A program made the position numbers and the translations under genes. From Chthoniobacter flavus (lineage in GTDB: Bacteria; Verrucomicrobiota; Verrucomicrobiia; Chthoniobacterales; JACTMZ01): a stretch of 64,000 nucleotides of DNA. Below are positions 1 to 11,460 of this stretch, piece by piece. Positions within the stretch are counted from its first letter, which is position 1; each line of letters begins with the position of its first letter. A model generated the notes under the pieces. It was not told where the DNA came from, ran no database searches, and saw nothing but the letters and a program-made list of their open reading frames with translations. Location of the stretch: positions 7,847-71,846 of the forward strand of contig CAMBUL010000004.1 in assembly GCA_945871065.1 (NCBI GenBank), given 5' to 3'.

Positions 1-1855
<1,855 letters not shown>

Positions 1856-2043
1856 GAATGCGAATGGTGGTTGTTGCGCGGAGCGCTGGTCTATTTTCCG
1901 GTCGCGACGAAAATGTCGGTGAGACAAAACATCCCCACACCGGCCATTCGGGCGCGCAGGCGCCACGATGACTCAGAGTAGGGTGTCAAGCTTTGGACAA
2001 TGGTTCGACGGGATTCCCGGGACAGACTCTGCACTATGAGTGG

Positions 2044-2096
2044 CTCCCGGGCGGGGGTCAAGGGGAAAAATTCCCTTTTTTTTCCCGCCCGGGGAG
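2044..2096 (-). promoter_or_regulatory. Nested GC-rich hairpin in the rplL-rpoB spacer (possible attenuator)
   Basis: CTCCCGGGCGGG (2044-2055) pairs with CCCGCCCGGGGAG (2084-2096) with one bulge. An inner GGGAA/TTCCC stem is flanked by an A/T run. It sits immediately after the rplL stop codon. Confidence 0.35.
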
Positions 2097-2101
2097 CAGA
2101 T

Positions 2102-2482
2102 TTACTTGATTTCGACTTTGGCGCCAGCCGCCTCGACCTTTTTCTTGATCTCTTCGGCTTCTTCCTTGGTCACGCCCTCTTTCAAGGGCTTGGGAGCGCC
2201 TTCGACCAGGGCCTTGGCGTCGGCCAAGCCCAGTCCGGGCACAGCAGCACGGACCTCTTTGATCACGGCGATTTTGTTCCCGCCGGTCTCGACGAGGATG
2301 ACGTCAAAGGCGGTTTTCTCCTCGGCTGGGGCGGCGGCACCACCAGCGGCGGGTGCGGCGACAGCGGCCACCGGGGCGGCGGCACTGACTCCCCATTTTT
2401 CTTCGAGGGCTTTGACGAGTTCGGACACTTCCAGAACGGTCAAGCCGCTCAGTTGGTCCACGATGGTTTCAATATTAGCCAT
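2102..2482 (-). CDS. rplL: 50S ribosomal protein L7/L12
   Basis: 126-aa [35 protein letters not shown]... with an Ala-rich hinge and C-terminal ...[12 protein letters not shown]. Operon position is as expected. Confidence 0.97.
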   Translation of the reverse strand: MANIETIVDQLSGLTVLEVSELVKALEEKWGVSAAAPVAAVAAPAAGGAAAPAEEKTAFDVILVETGGNKIAVIKEVRAAVPGLGLADAKALVEGAPKPLKEGVTKEEAEEIKKKVEAAGAKVEIK

Positions 2483-2657
2483 ACTATCTTTCTAGCGGCC
2501 GCCTCGGCATCTGCCTCCGCGGCCTGCTTCCTTGGTTGTGGTATTGTCGCGCGCCGGAGCTCCGGCGAATTTAAGTCGGACCGCTGTCCGACCGACAAGG
2601 AACCGTTTCTGTTTGGTTTCTTCCGCCCGGCCGCGAAGTGGCCGCACGGAAAAGGTT

Positions 2658-3179
2658 TCAGGCCGCCCCTCCCCCGGCGTCGACTTTGGCCTTGAGCACC
2701 CGCGCGAGGCTCGCCCCGGGTTCGTTGAGGGTACGCACCAGTTGGCTGGCCGGCATGTTGAGCAAGCCGAGCAACTGGGACTGCAGGACCGGGAGCGGCG
2801 GCAGGTCGGCCATGGCTTGGACCTGCTCGGCCGTGAGCAAGGCGTTGTCCAGGAACCCGATCTTGACCGACAGCTTCTTGAACTCGGCGGCGAACACTTT
2901 GATCACTTTCGCCGTGGCGCAAATGTCCTGCTCGCCGGTGACGATGGCCGTCTGGCCCGCGAGGGCATCGGACATGTCGGGCAGACCGAGTTCGGTCGCG
3001 GCAATGCGCAGCATGGTGTTTTTCACCACATGGCATTCGGCGCCGACCGCGTCGAGACGGGTGCGGAGCACGGCGAACTGGTCCACCTTGAGCCCGGTGT
3101 AATCGGCAACCAGGAGGAACGGCGAAGCGTCCAGCTGGTCCTTGAGATCTTTGACGATATTGGCTTTTTCGGGGCGCAT
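2658..3179 (-). CDS. rplJ: 50S ribosomal protein L10
   Basis: 173-aa ORF MRPEKANIVKDLKDQLDASPFLLVADYTGLKVDQF..., located between rplA and rplL. Confidence 0.95.
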   Translation of the reverse strand: MRPEKANIVKDLKDQLDASPFLLVADYTGLKVDQFAVLRTRLDAVGAECHVVKNTMLRIAATELGLPDMSDALAGQTAIVTGEQDICATAKVIKVFAAEFKKLSVKIGFLDNALLTAEQVQAMADLPPLPVLQSQLLGLLNMPASQLVRTLNEPGASLARVLKAKVDAGGGAA

Positions 3180-3184
3180 GGCGG

Positions 3185-3886
3185 TCAGTTCTTGCTGAGG
3201 TTGGAGAGATCGAGCGCGATGCCCGGGGTCACGGTGGCCGCAAGGGTCACACTTTCGATGAAAACACCTTTGGCCGTGGGTGGACGCGACTTGGCCACCG
3301 CGTCGAGCACGACACCGGCGTTTTGCACCAGGGCGTCCTCGCTGAAGGAAAACTTGCCCACGGGGACGGCGATATTGCCATTCTTGTCGAGTTTGAATTC
3401 GACGCGTCCGGCCTTCACCTCGCCCACCGCCTTGGCGGTGTCGTCGGTCACGGTGCCGGTCTTGGGATTGGGCATCAGGCCGCGCGGTCCGAGCACTTTG
3501 CCCAGCTTGCGAACCTCCGCCATGGCCGCCGGGGTGGAAATGGCCACGTCAAAGTCCGAGAATCCCTCGGTGCACTTTTTGATCATGTCCTCGTAACCGA
3601 CAAACTCGGCTCCGGCCGCCTTGGCCGCTTCGGCCGCCGCGCCGGAGGCGAAGACGAGCACGCGGACGGTTTTACCGCTGCCGTGCGGGAGCGGCGTGGT
3701 ACCGCGGACCATCTGGTCGGACTGTTTGGGGTCCACTCCCAGATGCATCGAGAGGGTGACGGTCATGTCATACTTGGCCGGCGGCATGCTCTTGAGCACT
3801 TTGACTGCTTCGGCCAGCGGATATTTCCGCGCGGGATCGACGGCTTTTTTGGCCGCCTCGTAACGTTTGCTTCGGTTTTTTGCCAT
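3185..3886 (-). CDS. rplA: 50S ribosomal protein L1
   Basis: 233-aa ORF MAKNRSKRYEAAKKAVDPARKYPLAEAVKVLK... with typical L1 sequence and position. Confidence 0.96.
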   Translation of the reverse strand: MAKNRSKRYEAAKKAVDPARKYPLAEAVKVLKSMPPAKYDMTVTLSMHLGVDPKQSDQMVRGTTPLPHGSGKTVRVLVFASGAAAEAAKAAGAEFVGYEDMIKKCTEGFSDFDVAISTPAAMAEVRKLGKVLGPRGLMPNPKTGTVTDDTAKAVGEVKAGRVEFKLDKNGNIAVPVGKFSFSEDALVQNAGVVLDAVAKSRPPTAKGVFIESVTLAATVTPGIALDLSNLSKN

Positions 3887-3967
3887 GGTGTGTTGCAGTG
3901 CGAACGAGCATTGGGGCTCTCCTGCGGTTGTGCGGCCCGCTGGTGCGGGACGCGGGTTGGAAAATTC

Positions 3968-4393
3968 TTATGCCTCCACTTCGACGCCCATTTGGCGGGC
4001 GGTGCCGGCGATGATTTTCATCGCGGCCTCCTCATCCCGGGCATTGAGGTCGTTCATCTTGATCTTCACGATCTCGAGGAGTTGCTTTTTGGTTAGCTTG
4101 CCGACTTTGGTTTTGTTCGGTTCCTTCGATCCGGCGGCGATGCCGGCCACCTTTTTGATTAGGACGGACGCCGGGGGCGACTTGGTGATGAAGGTGAAGG
4201 ACTTGTCTTTGTAAACCGTGATGACCACCGGAAGGATGTCGCCGGCCTGCTTTTGCGTGGCGGCATTGAATTCCTTGCAGAAGGCCATGATGTTGACGCC
4301 CTTTTGACCGAGCGCCGGGCCGACCGGCGGCGCGGGGTTTGCTTGCCCGGCCGGGATCTGCAGTTTGATCGTTCCAACAATTTCTTTAGCCAT
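3968..4393 (-). CDS. rplK: 50S ribosomal protein L11
   Basis: 141-aa [46 protein letters not shown]... (canonical L11 N-terminus). Confidence 0.97.
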   Translation of the reverse strand: MAKEIVGTIKLQIPAGQANPAPPVGPALGQKGVNIMAFCKEFNAATQKQAGDILPVVITVYKDKSFTFITKSPPASVLIKKVAGIAAGSKEPNKTKVGKLTKKQLLEIVKIKMNDLNARDEEAAMKIIAGTARQMGVEVEA

Positions 4394-4399
4394 AAAATT

Positions 4400-4984
4400 C
4401 TATTCTTCGCGGTCCACTTGCCAGTATTCGAGTTCGACCGGCGTTTCCCGTCCGAAAATCGTGACCGAAACACGCAGCTTGCCTCGGCCCGGGTCCACCT
4501 CCTCGACCACTCCCGTCTGACTTTGGAAGGGGCCGTCCGCCACTTTGACTTTCTCGCCCACTTGGAAGGAAACCTTGGGCTTCACCGTGTCGACGCGTTC
4601 CTGGATCTGGGCGAGCATGCTTTCCACTTCGCGCGGACGCATTGGCGTCGGACGGTCCTTCGTCCCGGCGAAGCCGATCACTCCGGGCGTGTCCTTGACG
4701 AAATACCACGTGCGGTCCATCAGGCCGCCGTCCTCGGTCAGGAGGTGCATATTGGCGATGATGTAGCCCGGGAAAAACTTGCGCGTCGTCTCGCTTTTCT
4801 TGCCCTGTTTGATTTCCTGCACCCGCTCGGTCGGGATGAGCACGTTGAAAACCAGATCACCCATCTCCTCGGTTTTGAGCCGTTTCATGATGCTGTCGAA
4901 GACTTTCTTCTCCTGACCGGAGAGCACTTGGACGACAAACCATTGGTCACGCGGAGCGGGGATGCGAAGGGCGGTGATGGACAT
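4400..4984 (-). CDS. nusG: Transcription termination/antitermination factor NusG
   Basis: 194-aa ORF with WFVVQVLSGQEKKV (NGN domain) and a C-terminal KOW (GEKVKVADGPFQSQTGVVEEVD). It lies between secE and rplK. Confidence 0.95.
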   Translation of the reverse strand: MSITALRIPAPRDQWFVVQVLSGQEKKVFDSIMKRLKTEEMGDLVFNVLIPTERVQEIKQGKKSETTRKFFPGYIIANMHLLTEDGGLMDRTWYFVKDTPGVIGFAGTKDRPTPMRPREVESMLAQIQERVDTVKPKVSFQVGEKVKVADGPFQSQTGVVEEVDPGRGKLRVSVTIFGRETPVELEYWQVDREE

Positions 4985-4997
4985 GGAGAATTTTTCC

Positions 4998-5240
4998 TTA
5001 CGGGCGGGTCAGCCACCCAACGGTGTTGACCAGCATGAGATCGAAGAAAGCGATGTAGCCGCCCAAAATGACCATCGCCACGATGACCACCACGGTGGAA
5101 TCAGCCAGCTCCTTGTAGCGGCGGAATCCTTTTTCTTTCGGATCCCACGGCCAGGTGGCCTTGGCCAGTTCGGTGCGAACTTCGGCGATGAATGTTTTGA
5201 GCTTGCGGAACATGCGCGGAAGCACGGCGACCAGGGTCAA
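4998..5240 (-). CDS. secE: Preprotein translocase subunit SecE
   Basis: Small ORF with ...FIAEVRTELAKATWP... and one C-terminal TM helix (VVVIVAMVILGGYIAFF), in the conserved secE-nusG position. The true start may be the internal Met at 5213. Confidence 0.85.
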   Translation of the reverse strand: MTLVAVLPRMFRKLKTFIAEVRTELAKATWPWDPKEKGFRRYKELADSTVVVIVAMVILGGYIAFFDLMLVNTVGWLTRP

Positions 5241-5248
5241 TCGGAGAG

Positions 5249-5321
5249 CAGGCCAGGAGGGACTCGAACCCCCAACCGACGGTTTTGGAGACCGCTACTC
5301 TACCAATTGAGCTACTGGCCT
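5249..5321 (-). tRNA. tRNA-Trp (anticodon CCA)
   Basis: The reverse complement AGGCCAGTAGCTCAATTGGTAGAGTAGCGGTCTCCAAAACCGTCGGTTGGGGGTTCGAGTCCCTCCTGGCCTG folds as a cloverleaf with anticodon loop CTCCAAA. The tuf-tRNA-Trp-secE position is classic. Confidence 0.9.
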
Positions 5322-5339
5322 GTGCGTATCCTCCAAAGA

Positions 5340-6524
5340 TTAATCCAGAATCTCCGCAACGCGACCGGCGCCGACCGTACGGCCGCCTTCGCGAATGGCG
5401 AAACGGATGGTTTTTTCCATGGCGATCGGGGTGATCAAATCGACTTCCATCGAGATGTTGTCCCCGGGCATGACCATTTCCACGCCGTCCGGCAACTTCA
5501 CCGTTCCGGTCACGTCCGTGGTGCGGAAGTAGAATTGCGGGCGGTAGTTCGAGAAGAACGGGGTGTGTCGGCCGCCCTCATCCTTACTCAGGATGTAGAC
5601 TTCGGCCTTGAATTTCTTGTGCGGGCTGATCGAGCCGGGCTTGGCCAACACTTGGCCGCGCTCGACGTCATCCTTTTTGATGCCGCGGAGCAGGGCGCCG
5701 ATGTTGTCGCCAGCCATCGCGTCGTCCAGCAATTTGCGGAACATTTCGATGTCGGTCACCGTCGTCTTGACCGTGGGCTTGATCCCGACGATTTCGACTT
5801 CTTCCATCTTCTTGACCCGACCACGCTCGACCCGGCCGGTGCAGACCGTACCGCGACCTTCAATGTTGAAGACGTCCTCGATGGGCATGAGGAAGGGCAA
5901 GTCGAGCGGACGCTGCGGCTCGGGGATGTAGCTATCCACCGCTTCGATCAGCGCGTTGATCGCTTTTTCCCCTTCGGCGTCGCCGTTGAGGGCCTTCAGG
6001 GCGGAACCACGGACGATCGGAATGTCGTCGCCGGGGAATTCGTATTTGCTGAGCAGGTCGCGGATTTCCATCTCGACGAGGTCGAGAAGTTCCGGGTCAT
6101 CGACCATGTCGCACTTGTTCATAAAGACTACGACCGAAGGCACGCCGACCTGACGGGCGAGCAGAATGTGCTCACGGGTCTGGGGCATTGGGCCGTCCGC
6201 CGCGCTGACCACCAGGATGGCGCCGTCCATCTGGGCCGCACCGGTGATCATGTTTTTGATGTAGTCGGCATGGCCGGGGCAATCGACGTGCGCGTAGTGG
6301 CGCTTGTCGCTCTCGTATTCCACGTGCGCGGTGTTGATCGTGATGCCGCGCTCTTTTTCCTCGGGCGCCGCGTCGATGTCCGCGTAGCCGCGGGCCTGCG
6401 CCTTGCCGGTCTTGGAGAGCACGGTGGTGATCGCCGCGGTGAGGGTGGTTTTGCCGTGGTCCACGTGACCGATCGTTCCGATGTTCACGTGGGGTTTGTC
6501 GCGTTTGAATGCTTCCTTAGCCAT
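5340..6524 (-). CDS. tuf: Elongation factor Tu
   Basis: [28 protein letters not shown]... with DCPGHADY and NKCD GTPase motifs. Start chosen at the ATG at 6522-6524; the 33-codon upstream extension of the listed ORF runs towards the tRNA and was rejected. Confidence 0.98.
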   Translation of the reverse strand: MAKEAFKRDKPHVNIGTIGHVDHGKTTLTAAITTVLSKTGKAQARGYADIDAAPEEKERGITINTAHVEYESDKRHYAHVDCPGHADYIKNMITGAAQMDGAILVVSAADGPMPQTREHILLARQVGVPSVVVFMNKCDMVDDPELLDLVEMEIRDLLSKYEFPGDDIPIVRGSALKALNGDAEGEKAINALIEAVDSYIPEPQRPLDLPFLMPIEDVFNIEGRGTVCTGRVERGRVKKMEEVEIVGIKPTVKTTVTDIEMFRKLLDDAMAGDNIGALLRGIKKDDVERGQVLAKPGSISPHKKFKAEVYILSKDEGGRHTPFFSNYRPQFYFRTTDVTGTVKLPDGVEMVMPGDNISMEVDLITPIAMEKTIRFAIREGGRTVGAGRVAEILD

Positions 6525-6578
6525 AGTGCTTGGTGTGTTTGGTTGTTTCGAATGTTGCGAATTTTGCGCCGCGCAGGC

Positions 6579-6654
<76 letters not shown>

Positions 6655-6853
6655 AAACTCCGCAAAGTGTTTTTGGGTTGATGTTTCGGTGTTAATCGCG
6701 GCCTCAAAAAAAGCGAAGCAGCCCGGGGCCGTCCCCCGCGTTTTTCAGCGGATTTACGACCTGCGGACTGCGCGACTTTTTCGCAGCGTTATAGCTTTAT
6801 GCCTCTGAAGCAGGCTGGTGTCAAAACAGTTTTTATCGGGGCCGGCCGCCCGG

Positions 6854-8848
6854 TCACGTCAGGGCCGCACGCCGCAGACAGCGGATGAGGGCTTCGATCT
6901 CGATGGCCAAGAGGTCCACCGCGCCCGGCCGGAAGGGACCCAACGGCTTCAGGTCTTTCTCCTCGCCGAGTCCCGTAGACACCACGAAACTCATGAGGAA
7001 ACTGAACAGGTATGGCTGGGAGGAGGACTCGATGAGGTCCCCGACGTACGCCGTCTTGTCGTCCGCCTTATAAACCCCGAGCAAAAGATGCTCCGACTCG
7101 GCCGCGATCACGTCGTAGTCGATGTCCGGGGCCGCACAACCCCGCGGCACCAAGGCCCCGATGACGATGTCGACGGCCGTGAGTAGAACCGCGACTTCCG
7201 CCGCTTGGAGGTCCAGCCGCTCATCCGCATCCTGAAAATACTCGCGCAAGCCGGGCGGACAGCGACCGGGGAGCATGCGATCCTCCTTTGCCATGCCTTT
7301 GATAGCCGCCTCGACTTCGTCGATCGTCAGCACCTTCCACCAAGCGCCCTGTCGCGGCGAACCCGCCGGTCGCGGCGGACGCGGCGCGGACAGAAGTTCG
7401 TCCAGCCCCAGTTCGCCCAGCACCCAGCCGATGTCGTGCGCGATGCCCTGACGGCGGCCGAGGTCGTCGACCGATTGCAAATGTCCTTTCATCAAAGCAA
7501 CGAGCCGCGGGCGCATCTCCGGCCGGGCGGCCGCTTCGCGCGGTGTCAATCCATCGAGCGCGGGAACGGGCTCGCGCAGGAACTTTTCGTAATGCGAGCG
7601 CATCACAGATTGCAGCAGTTCCGCTCCCTCGGGAGACTTCGCGAGCTCGCTCGTTGCCGGACGTGCCGCCCGATCTGCCACCCGCCCGCCCGCGGCGATC
7701 TGCTTCGCCAAATCCGCGACAAATTCTTTTTCGAATTCAAGCCGGTCGCCGAAAAATTCCTCCACCATTTTCTTCATTGGCTCGAAGTGCATCGAACTCA
7801 TCGCGCTGATCTCGACGCGACCGGGGAAAACGCGCAATTGCCCCCACATGGGCTGCCCGGGGCCGATCCCGCCCTGCTGCAGGGCCTCCGGTAGTTCCCT
7901 TTCCCATGCCTGCGAGGAACCCGTGCGCAGCCAGACAAAACAGCGGTGTGGACCACGGGCTTCCACCTCCTCCCGGCTCGGCGGCGTCTCGTCGAAATCC
8001 TCGCGTCCGGCCAGACCTAGATCGTCCGCCGTCCCGTTGAAATGGTAATTGGCCACGCATTGCTTCGCATCAAGGTTGCGCCAGATGCGTTCGAAACGCT
8101 TGGCGGATTCCTCCGACACCGACTCGACAAAAAAAGAAAAGTTTTCGCCCAACCACTCGGTCATGTCCCCCTTTCCTTCGAGCGGTCCTCCCAGTTTTTC
8201 GACATGCCGCAACACGGTGGCGCGGGCGGATTCGGGCGACAAAGACAAGGGAAACGCCACGCCGTAGAGCCGTTGAAAAAAAGGCGACGGCACCAACCAA
8301 CCGCAAAACGCCTGATATTGCCGCGCCATCTCCGCAAGAGCGCGATCGCAGACCGTGAAGGTGGCGCCAGCCGCAAGCACGTCGGCGCATTCGCAACGCA
8401 GATCATCGAGCACGCGCCGCACCTCGAAAACCGTCGCCTGCGTTTGCGGCGCAAATCCGGCCAGCAAAATCTCATCGTTGCGTAAACCGCTCCAAGCGGA
8501 CTCGCGCCATAGGTCGAAAAGTTTTTTTCCCGGACGGATCTCGCGCTGGTAAAATTCCAGGTGGCAGCGCTGCATCAATTCCATTTCGTCGAGATCGCTC
8601 TTCACCTCCTGCGGACGCAGGCGTTGCAACACCGACGGCGCACCCACGGTTTTGCCGTAGAAATCCATCAGCTTGCCGTCGAACTTGCGGCTGATCTCGA
8701 GCAACTGGTCGTAGTTACCCACCGTCCAGGGACAATAAGGGCAGTCGGGCGGACAGTCGTAGCGTGTCCCTCGGTTGGAACCGCATTCCGGCGCGGTGAT
8801 TTTGCGTCCGACGGCCGGGCAATCGCGGAGTTTGTCGGCCTTGGCCAT
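6854..8848 (-). CDS. Hypothetical 664-aa protein with a Cys-rich N-terminus
   Basis: Long ORF with an ATG start 6 nt after the ymdB stop. The N-terminus reads CPAVGRKITAPECGSNRGTRYDCPPDCPYCPW. An internal helical motif PVPALDGLTPREAAARPEMRPRLVALM is present. I recognise no family. Confidence 0.6.
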   Translation of the reverse strand: MAKADKLRDCPAVGRKITAPECGSNRGTRYDCPPDCPYCPWTVGNYDQLLEISRKFDGKLMDFYGKTVGAPSVLQRLRPQEVKSDLDEMELMQRCHLEFYQREIRPGKKLFDLWRESAWSGLRNDEILLAGFAPQTQATVFEVRRVLDDLRCECADVLAAGATFTVCDRALAEMARQYQAFCGWLVPSPFFQRLYGVAFPLSLSPESARATVLRHVEKLGGPLEGKGDMTEWLGENFSFFVESVSEESAKRFERIWRNLDAKQCVANYHFNGTADDLGLAGREDFDETPPSREEVEARGPHRCFVWLRTGSSQAWERELPEALQQGGIGPGQPMWGQLRVFPGRVEISAMSSMHFEPMKKMVEEFFGDRLEFEKEFVADLAKQIAAGGRVADRAARPATSELAKSPEGAELLQSVMRSHYEKFLREPVPALDGLTPREAAARPEMRPRLVALMKGHLQSVDDLGRRQGIAHDIGWVLGELGLDELLSAPRPPRPAGSPRQGAWWKVLTIDEVEAAIKGMAKEDRMLPGRCPPGLREYFQDADERLDLQAAEVAVLLTAVDIVIGALVPRGCAAPDIDYDVIAAESEHLLLGVYKADDKTAYVGDLIESSSQPYLFSFLMSFVVSTGLGEEKDLKPLGPFRPGAVDLLAIEIEALIRCLRRAALT

Positions 8849-8854
8849 CGCGGA

Positions 8855-9646
8855 TCAGGGTTGCAGGACTCGCTCCCGCACGCGACGGATATAAACGGCC
8901 TTTCCGCTGGACGCATCGACCTCCACGACCACCCCGCACAAATCCACCTCCCCCCCGGCCACCGGCAAGGTCGTCGGCATCCCGGTGAGAAACCGCCGCA
9001 GGATCGACTCCTTGATCCGGCCGAGGACGGAGTCTGCCGCCCCGCACATCCCGGCATCGCAGAGGAAGGCCGTCCCGCCGGGAAAAATCTGCTCGTCCGC
9101 GGTCTGCACATGCGTGTGGGTGCCGACCACGGCGGAGACCTTGCCGTCCAAATACCGGCCGAGTGCGATCTTCTCGCTTGTCGTCTCGGCATGGACGTCG
9201 ACAAAAATCACCTTGGTCGCCGCGCGCAGCTTCTCCACTTCCTCCATGGCGCGGTGGAACGGATTGTCCAAGGGCGGGTTCATGAAAGTCAACCCGCGCA
9301 CATTGAGCACCGCGACCGGACCCTTGGCCGTGTCCAAGACCACCGACCCCGCGCCCGGCGTCCCCTCCGGATAGTTGCACGGACGAAGCAGGCGCGGCTC
9401 GGTCTCGATGTAGGCCGGCAGGTCTTTCTGATCCCACACATGGTCACCCGTGGTGATCACCGTGGCCCCCGACTTGAGCAATTCGATGCACTGCTTTCCG
9501 CTGATCCCGCGACCGCCCGCGGCGTTCTCCCCGTTGACGATGGTGAAATCGACCGCCAACTCTTCCTGCAGACCCCTGAGTCTCTGCTGCAGGGCTTTGC
9601 GCCCCGGTTCCCCGACCACGTCGCCCAAAAAAAGTATCCGGATCAT
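8855..9646 (-). CDS. ymdB: YmdB-family metallophosphoesterase (2',3'-cyclic-nucleotide phosphodiesterase-like)
   Basis: MIRILFLGDVVGEPGRKAL...IVNGENAAGGRGI...TTGDHVWDQK...VDVHAETTSEK...GTHTHVQTADE, the characteristic YmdB/TIGR00282 motif series. Start taken at the Met at 9646. Confidence 0.85.
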   Translation of the reverse strand: MIRILFLGDVVGEPGRKALQQRLRGLQEELAVDFTIVNGENAAGGRGISGKQCIELLKSGATVITTGDHVWDQKDLPAYIETEPRLLRPCNYPEGTPGAGSVVLDTAKGPVAVLNVRGLTFMNPPLDNPFHRAMEEVEKLRAATKVIFVDVHAETTSEKIALGRYLDGKVSAVVGTHTHVQTADEQIFPGGTAFLCDAGMCGAADSVLGRIKESILRRFLTGMPTTLPVAGGEVDLCGVVVEVDASSGKAVYIRRVRERVLQP

Positions 9647-9802
9647 TTTGCACCGCCGATTCAACCATGGATTTCACTAATGTCACTGATGGAAACATCA
9701 GTGCCGCGAACCATCGCCAAGGACGAATAGGAAGAATTCGCTCGCCTGCCAGTTTGACTTCTACCGGAGCTCAGGACCCCCAAAGGATCAAAGAACCAAA
9801 GA

Positions 9803-10744
9803 TCAAAGGGAACTCTTCCGGCGCTTCCAAAGATACACCGCTCCTGCTCCGAGCAACACCAGCACGTAAGTCGAGGGTTCAGGGACACTCGCGACACGAA
9901 AACCGACGAAGTCGACCGCCTGCGACGGGGCGACGAAGTCGAACCGGAACGAGGAGCGCAAGAAGAACTCGGTGTAGGTCCAGTCGCCACCGCGGAGCGC
10001 GCGGGTCTCGGACGGAGAGCTATTTGTGCCAGCATAGGCACTCTCGTTCAACTCCCACACATTGCCGCCTTGGCCCATCGTGCCATACGGGCTCAAGCCT
10101 CCAGCGCTGTCCACTACGGCCGGAACCGAGGCAGCGTTATTATAAACCGCACTGCCCACATTGGTCCCGCTGGCCACCGCCGTCGGGACGCTGCTGCTCG
10201 CCGTGGGATAAAGGAAATAGTTCGACCCGGCAGGGTTGTAGTATGCGGCCTTATACCACTCGTTCTCGCTCGGCAGGAAATAGAAGGCGTTCTTGTTCCG
10301 GTAAAGATTGGTTCCTCCCGCCGTCCAAGCCTGCTCGCTGCTCCAAAGCGTCATGCTCCAACTGCCGCCGCTGAAGGTCAGATCATAGGCCGCCGTCTTC
10401 CCCGAGTTCGTGTTGAGGAAATTGACAAAGGCCGCCGCCTCGTACCAGTCGATGTTGGCCGCCGGTTGATTGCCCGTCCATGCCCCAGCCGTCACGTTGG
10501 CCATCCCGCTGGCCGTCGCCTTGGTGATGGCGTCTTGGGAGATCTCGTAAGTGCTCGCGCGATATTCGTAGGGTACCGCGCCATAGCTGGTGGTATCGGC
10601 CGCGTTGTCCGTGTTGCCTATGCTAACGAAGTCGATGGTGAACTCATTGCTGGTCCCGCCGCCGAAGGTGTCGGCCTGGGCGGAGGGTGGGATGGTGAGA
10701 GTAAATGCGGCCAAAAGCGCCGCCACGAGATGCGATCTTTTCAT
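9803..10744 (-). CDS. Secreted FGE/SUMF1-domain protein with a PEP-CTERM sorting signal
   Basis: Signal peptide MKRSHLVAALLAAFTLTIPPSAQA. FGE-sulfatase-type motifs GQGGNVWE and RALRGGDW...FVGFRVA. C-terminal VPEPSTYVLVLLGAGAVYLWKRRK is a PEP-CTERM signal. Confidence 0.75.
   Translation of the reverse strand: MKRSHLVAALLAAFTLTIPPSAQADTFGGGTSNEFTIDFVSIGNTDNAADTTSYGAVPYEYRASTYEISQDAITKATASGMANVTAGAWTGNQPAANIDWYEAAAFVNFLNTNSGKTAAYDLTFSGGSWSMTLWSSEQAWTAGGTNLYRNKNAFYFLPSENEWYKAAYYNPAGSNYFLYPTASSSVPTAVASGTNVGSAVYNNAASVPAVVDSAGGLSPYGTMGQGGNVWELNESAYAGTNSSPSETRALRGGDWTYTEFFLRSSFRFDFVAPSQAVDFVGFRVASVPEPSTYVLVLLGAGAVYLWKRRKSSL
9865..9906. repeat. 42-nt block identical to 11142..11183
   Basis: cgtaagtcgagggttcagggacactcgcgacacgaaaaccga is found at both sites by manual alignment. 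It encodes the GFRVASVPEPSTY junction of the PEP-CTERM signal. Confidence 0.8.
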
Positions 10745-11085
10745 GGTTCTTTGTCTTTCCGGCCGTGGGTTGAACCGGCGAAACCGCCGCGTTATTTTAA
10801 ACAGATCCACGGCCGTGGAACCTGAAAAGAGAACAACGTCACCACAATGCTCCCCCTGCCCGCCAGCGCAAGGCAAATGTCAATCACGACAAAAATGTCC
10901 CGGCCGCCCGACTAAAAATCGCCCAGACACTCAGGGCCAACCCCAGCAGACCCATCGCATAGACAGGCGCAGCCAGGCCACCAAGGGGGCGGCGGGGGTA
11001 GCGTAAAGCGTTGATCGTCGGTACCCCCGACCATATCGACCAGCCGAAGATTGCCGCAAAAGCTATAACACTCTTTGCGCCAACC

Positions 11086-11460
11086 CTACCGCCGTCTCCT
11101 CGTCATCCACAGGGCGCCGGCGGCGGACATGAGAAGCAACGCGTAAGTCGAGGGTTCAGGGACACTCGCGACACGAAAACCGATGCTGTCGCTCTCGCCG
11201 GCAGGGCCGATGCTGAGCCGGCCAAAGGTGCGCAAGTTGTTGAAGGGGCTGAACCAGGCGCCACCGCGGACCGCGCGATTCTCGGACGAAAGGCTGTTTG
11301 TGCCATCAAAGGCACTCTCGTTCCATTCAAAGACATTGCCGCCTTGGCCCATCGTGCCGTAGGGGCTCAGGCCACCGGCAAAGGTCACGGCTGCCGGATT
11401 AGTTACCGCTCCACCATTATAAACCGCACTACCCGCGTTGGACTCGTCCACGTCCACCAC
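11086..11460 (-). pseudogene. Truncated paralog (C-terminal third only) of the FGE/PEP-CTERM protein
   Basis: The 124-aa ORF starts with GTG and has no signal peptide. It aligns to the C-terminus of 9803..10744 (GGLSPYGTMGQGGNVFEWNES...RAVRGGAW...IGFRVASVPEPSTYALLL...RRRR). Upstream sequence is unrelated. Confidence 0.6.
11142..11183. repeat. 42-nt block identical to 9865..9906
   Basis: See 9865..9906. Confidence 0.8.

Noticed and set aside
2062-2083. Plus-strand terminator-like GGGAA-AAA-TTCCC stem followed by T8
   Set aside because: No plus-strand gene ends upstream of it. It is better explained as the inner part of the minus-strand rplL-rpoB spacer structure.
6787-6800. 11-nt match GTTATAGCTTT shared (in inverse orientation) with 11060-11072, both just downstream of minus-strand genes
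   Set aside because: It is short enough to occur by chance in 64 kb, and the surrounding sequence does not align.
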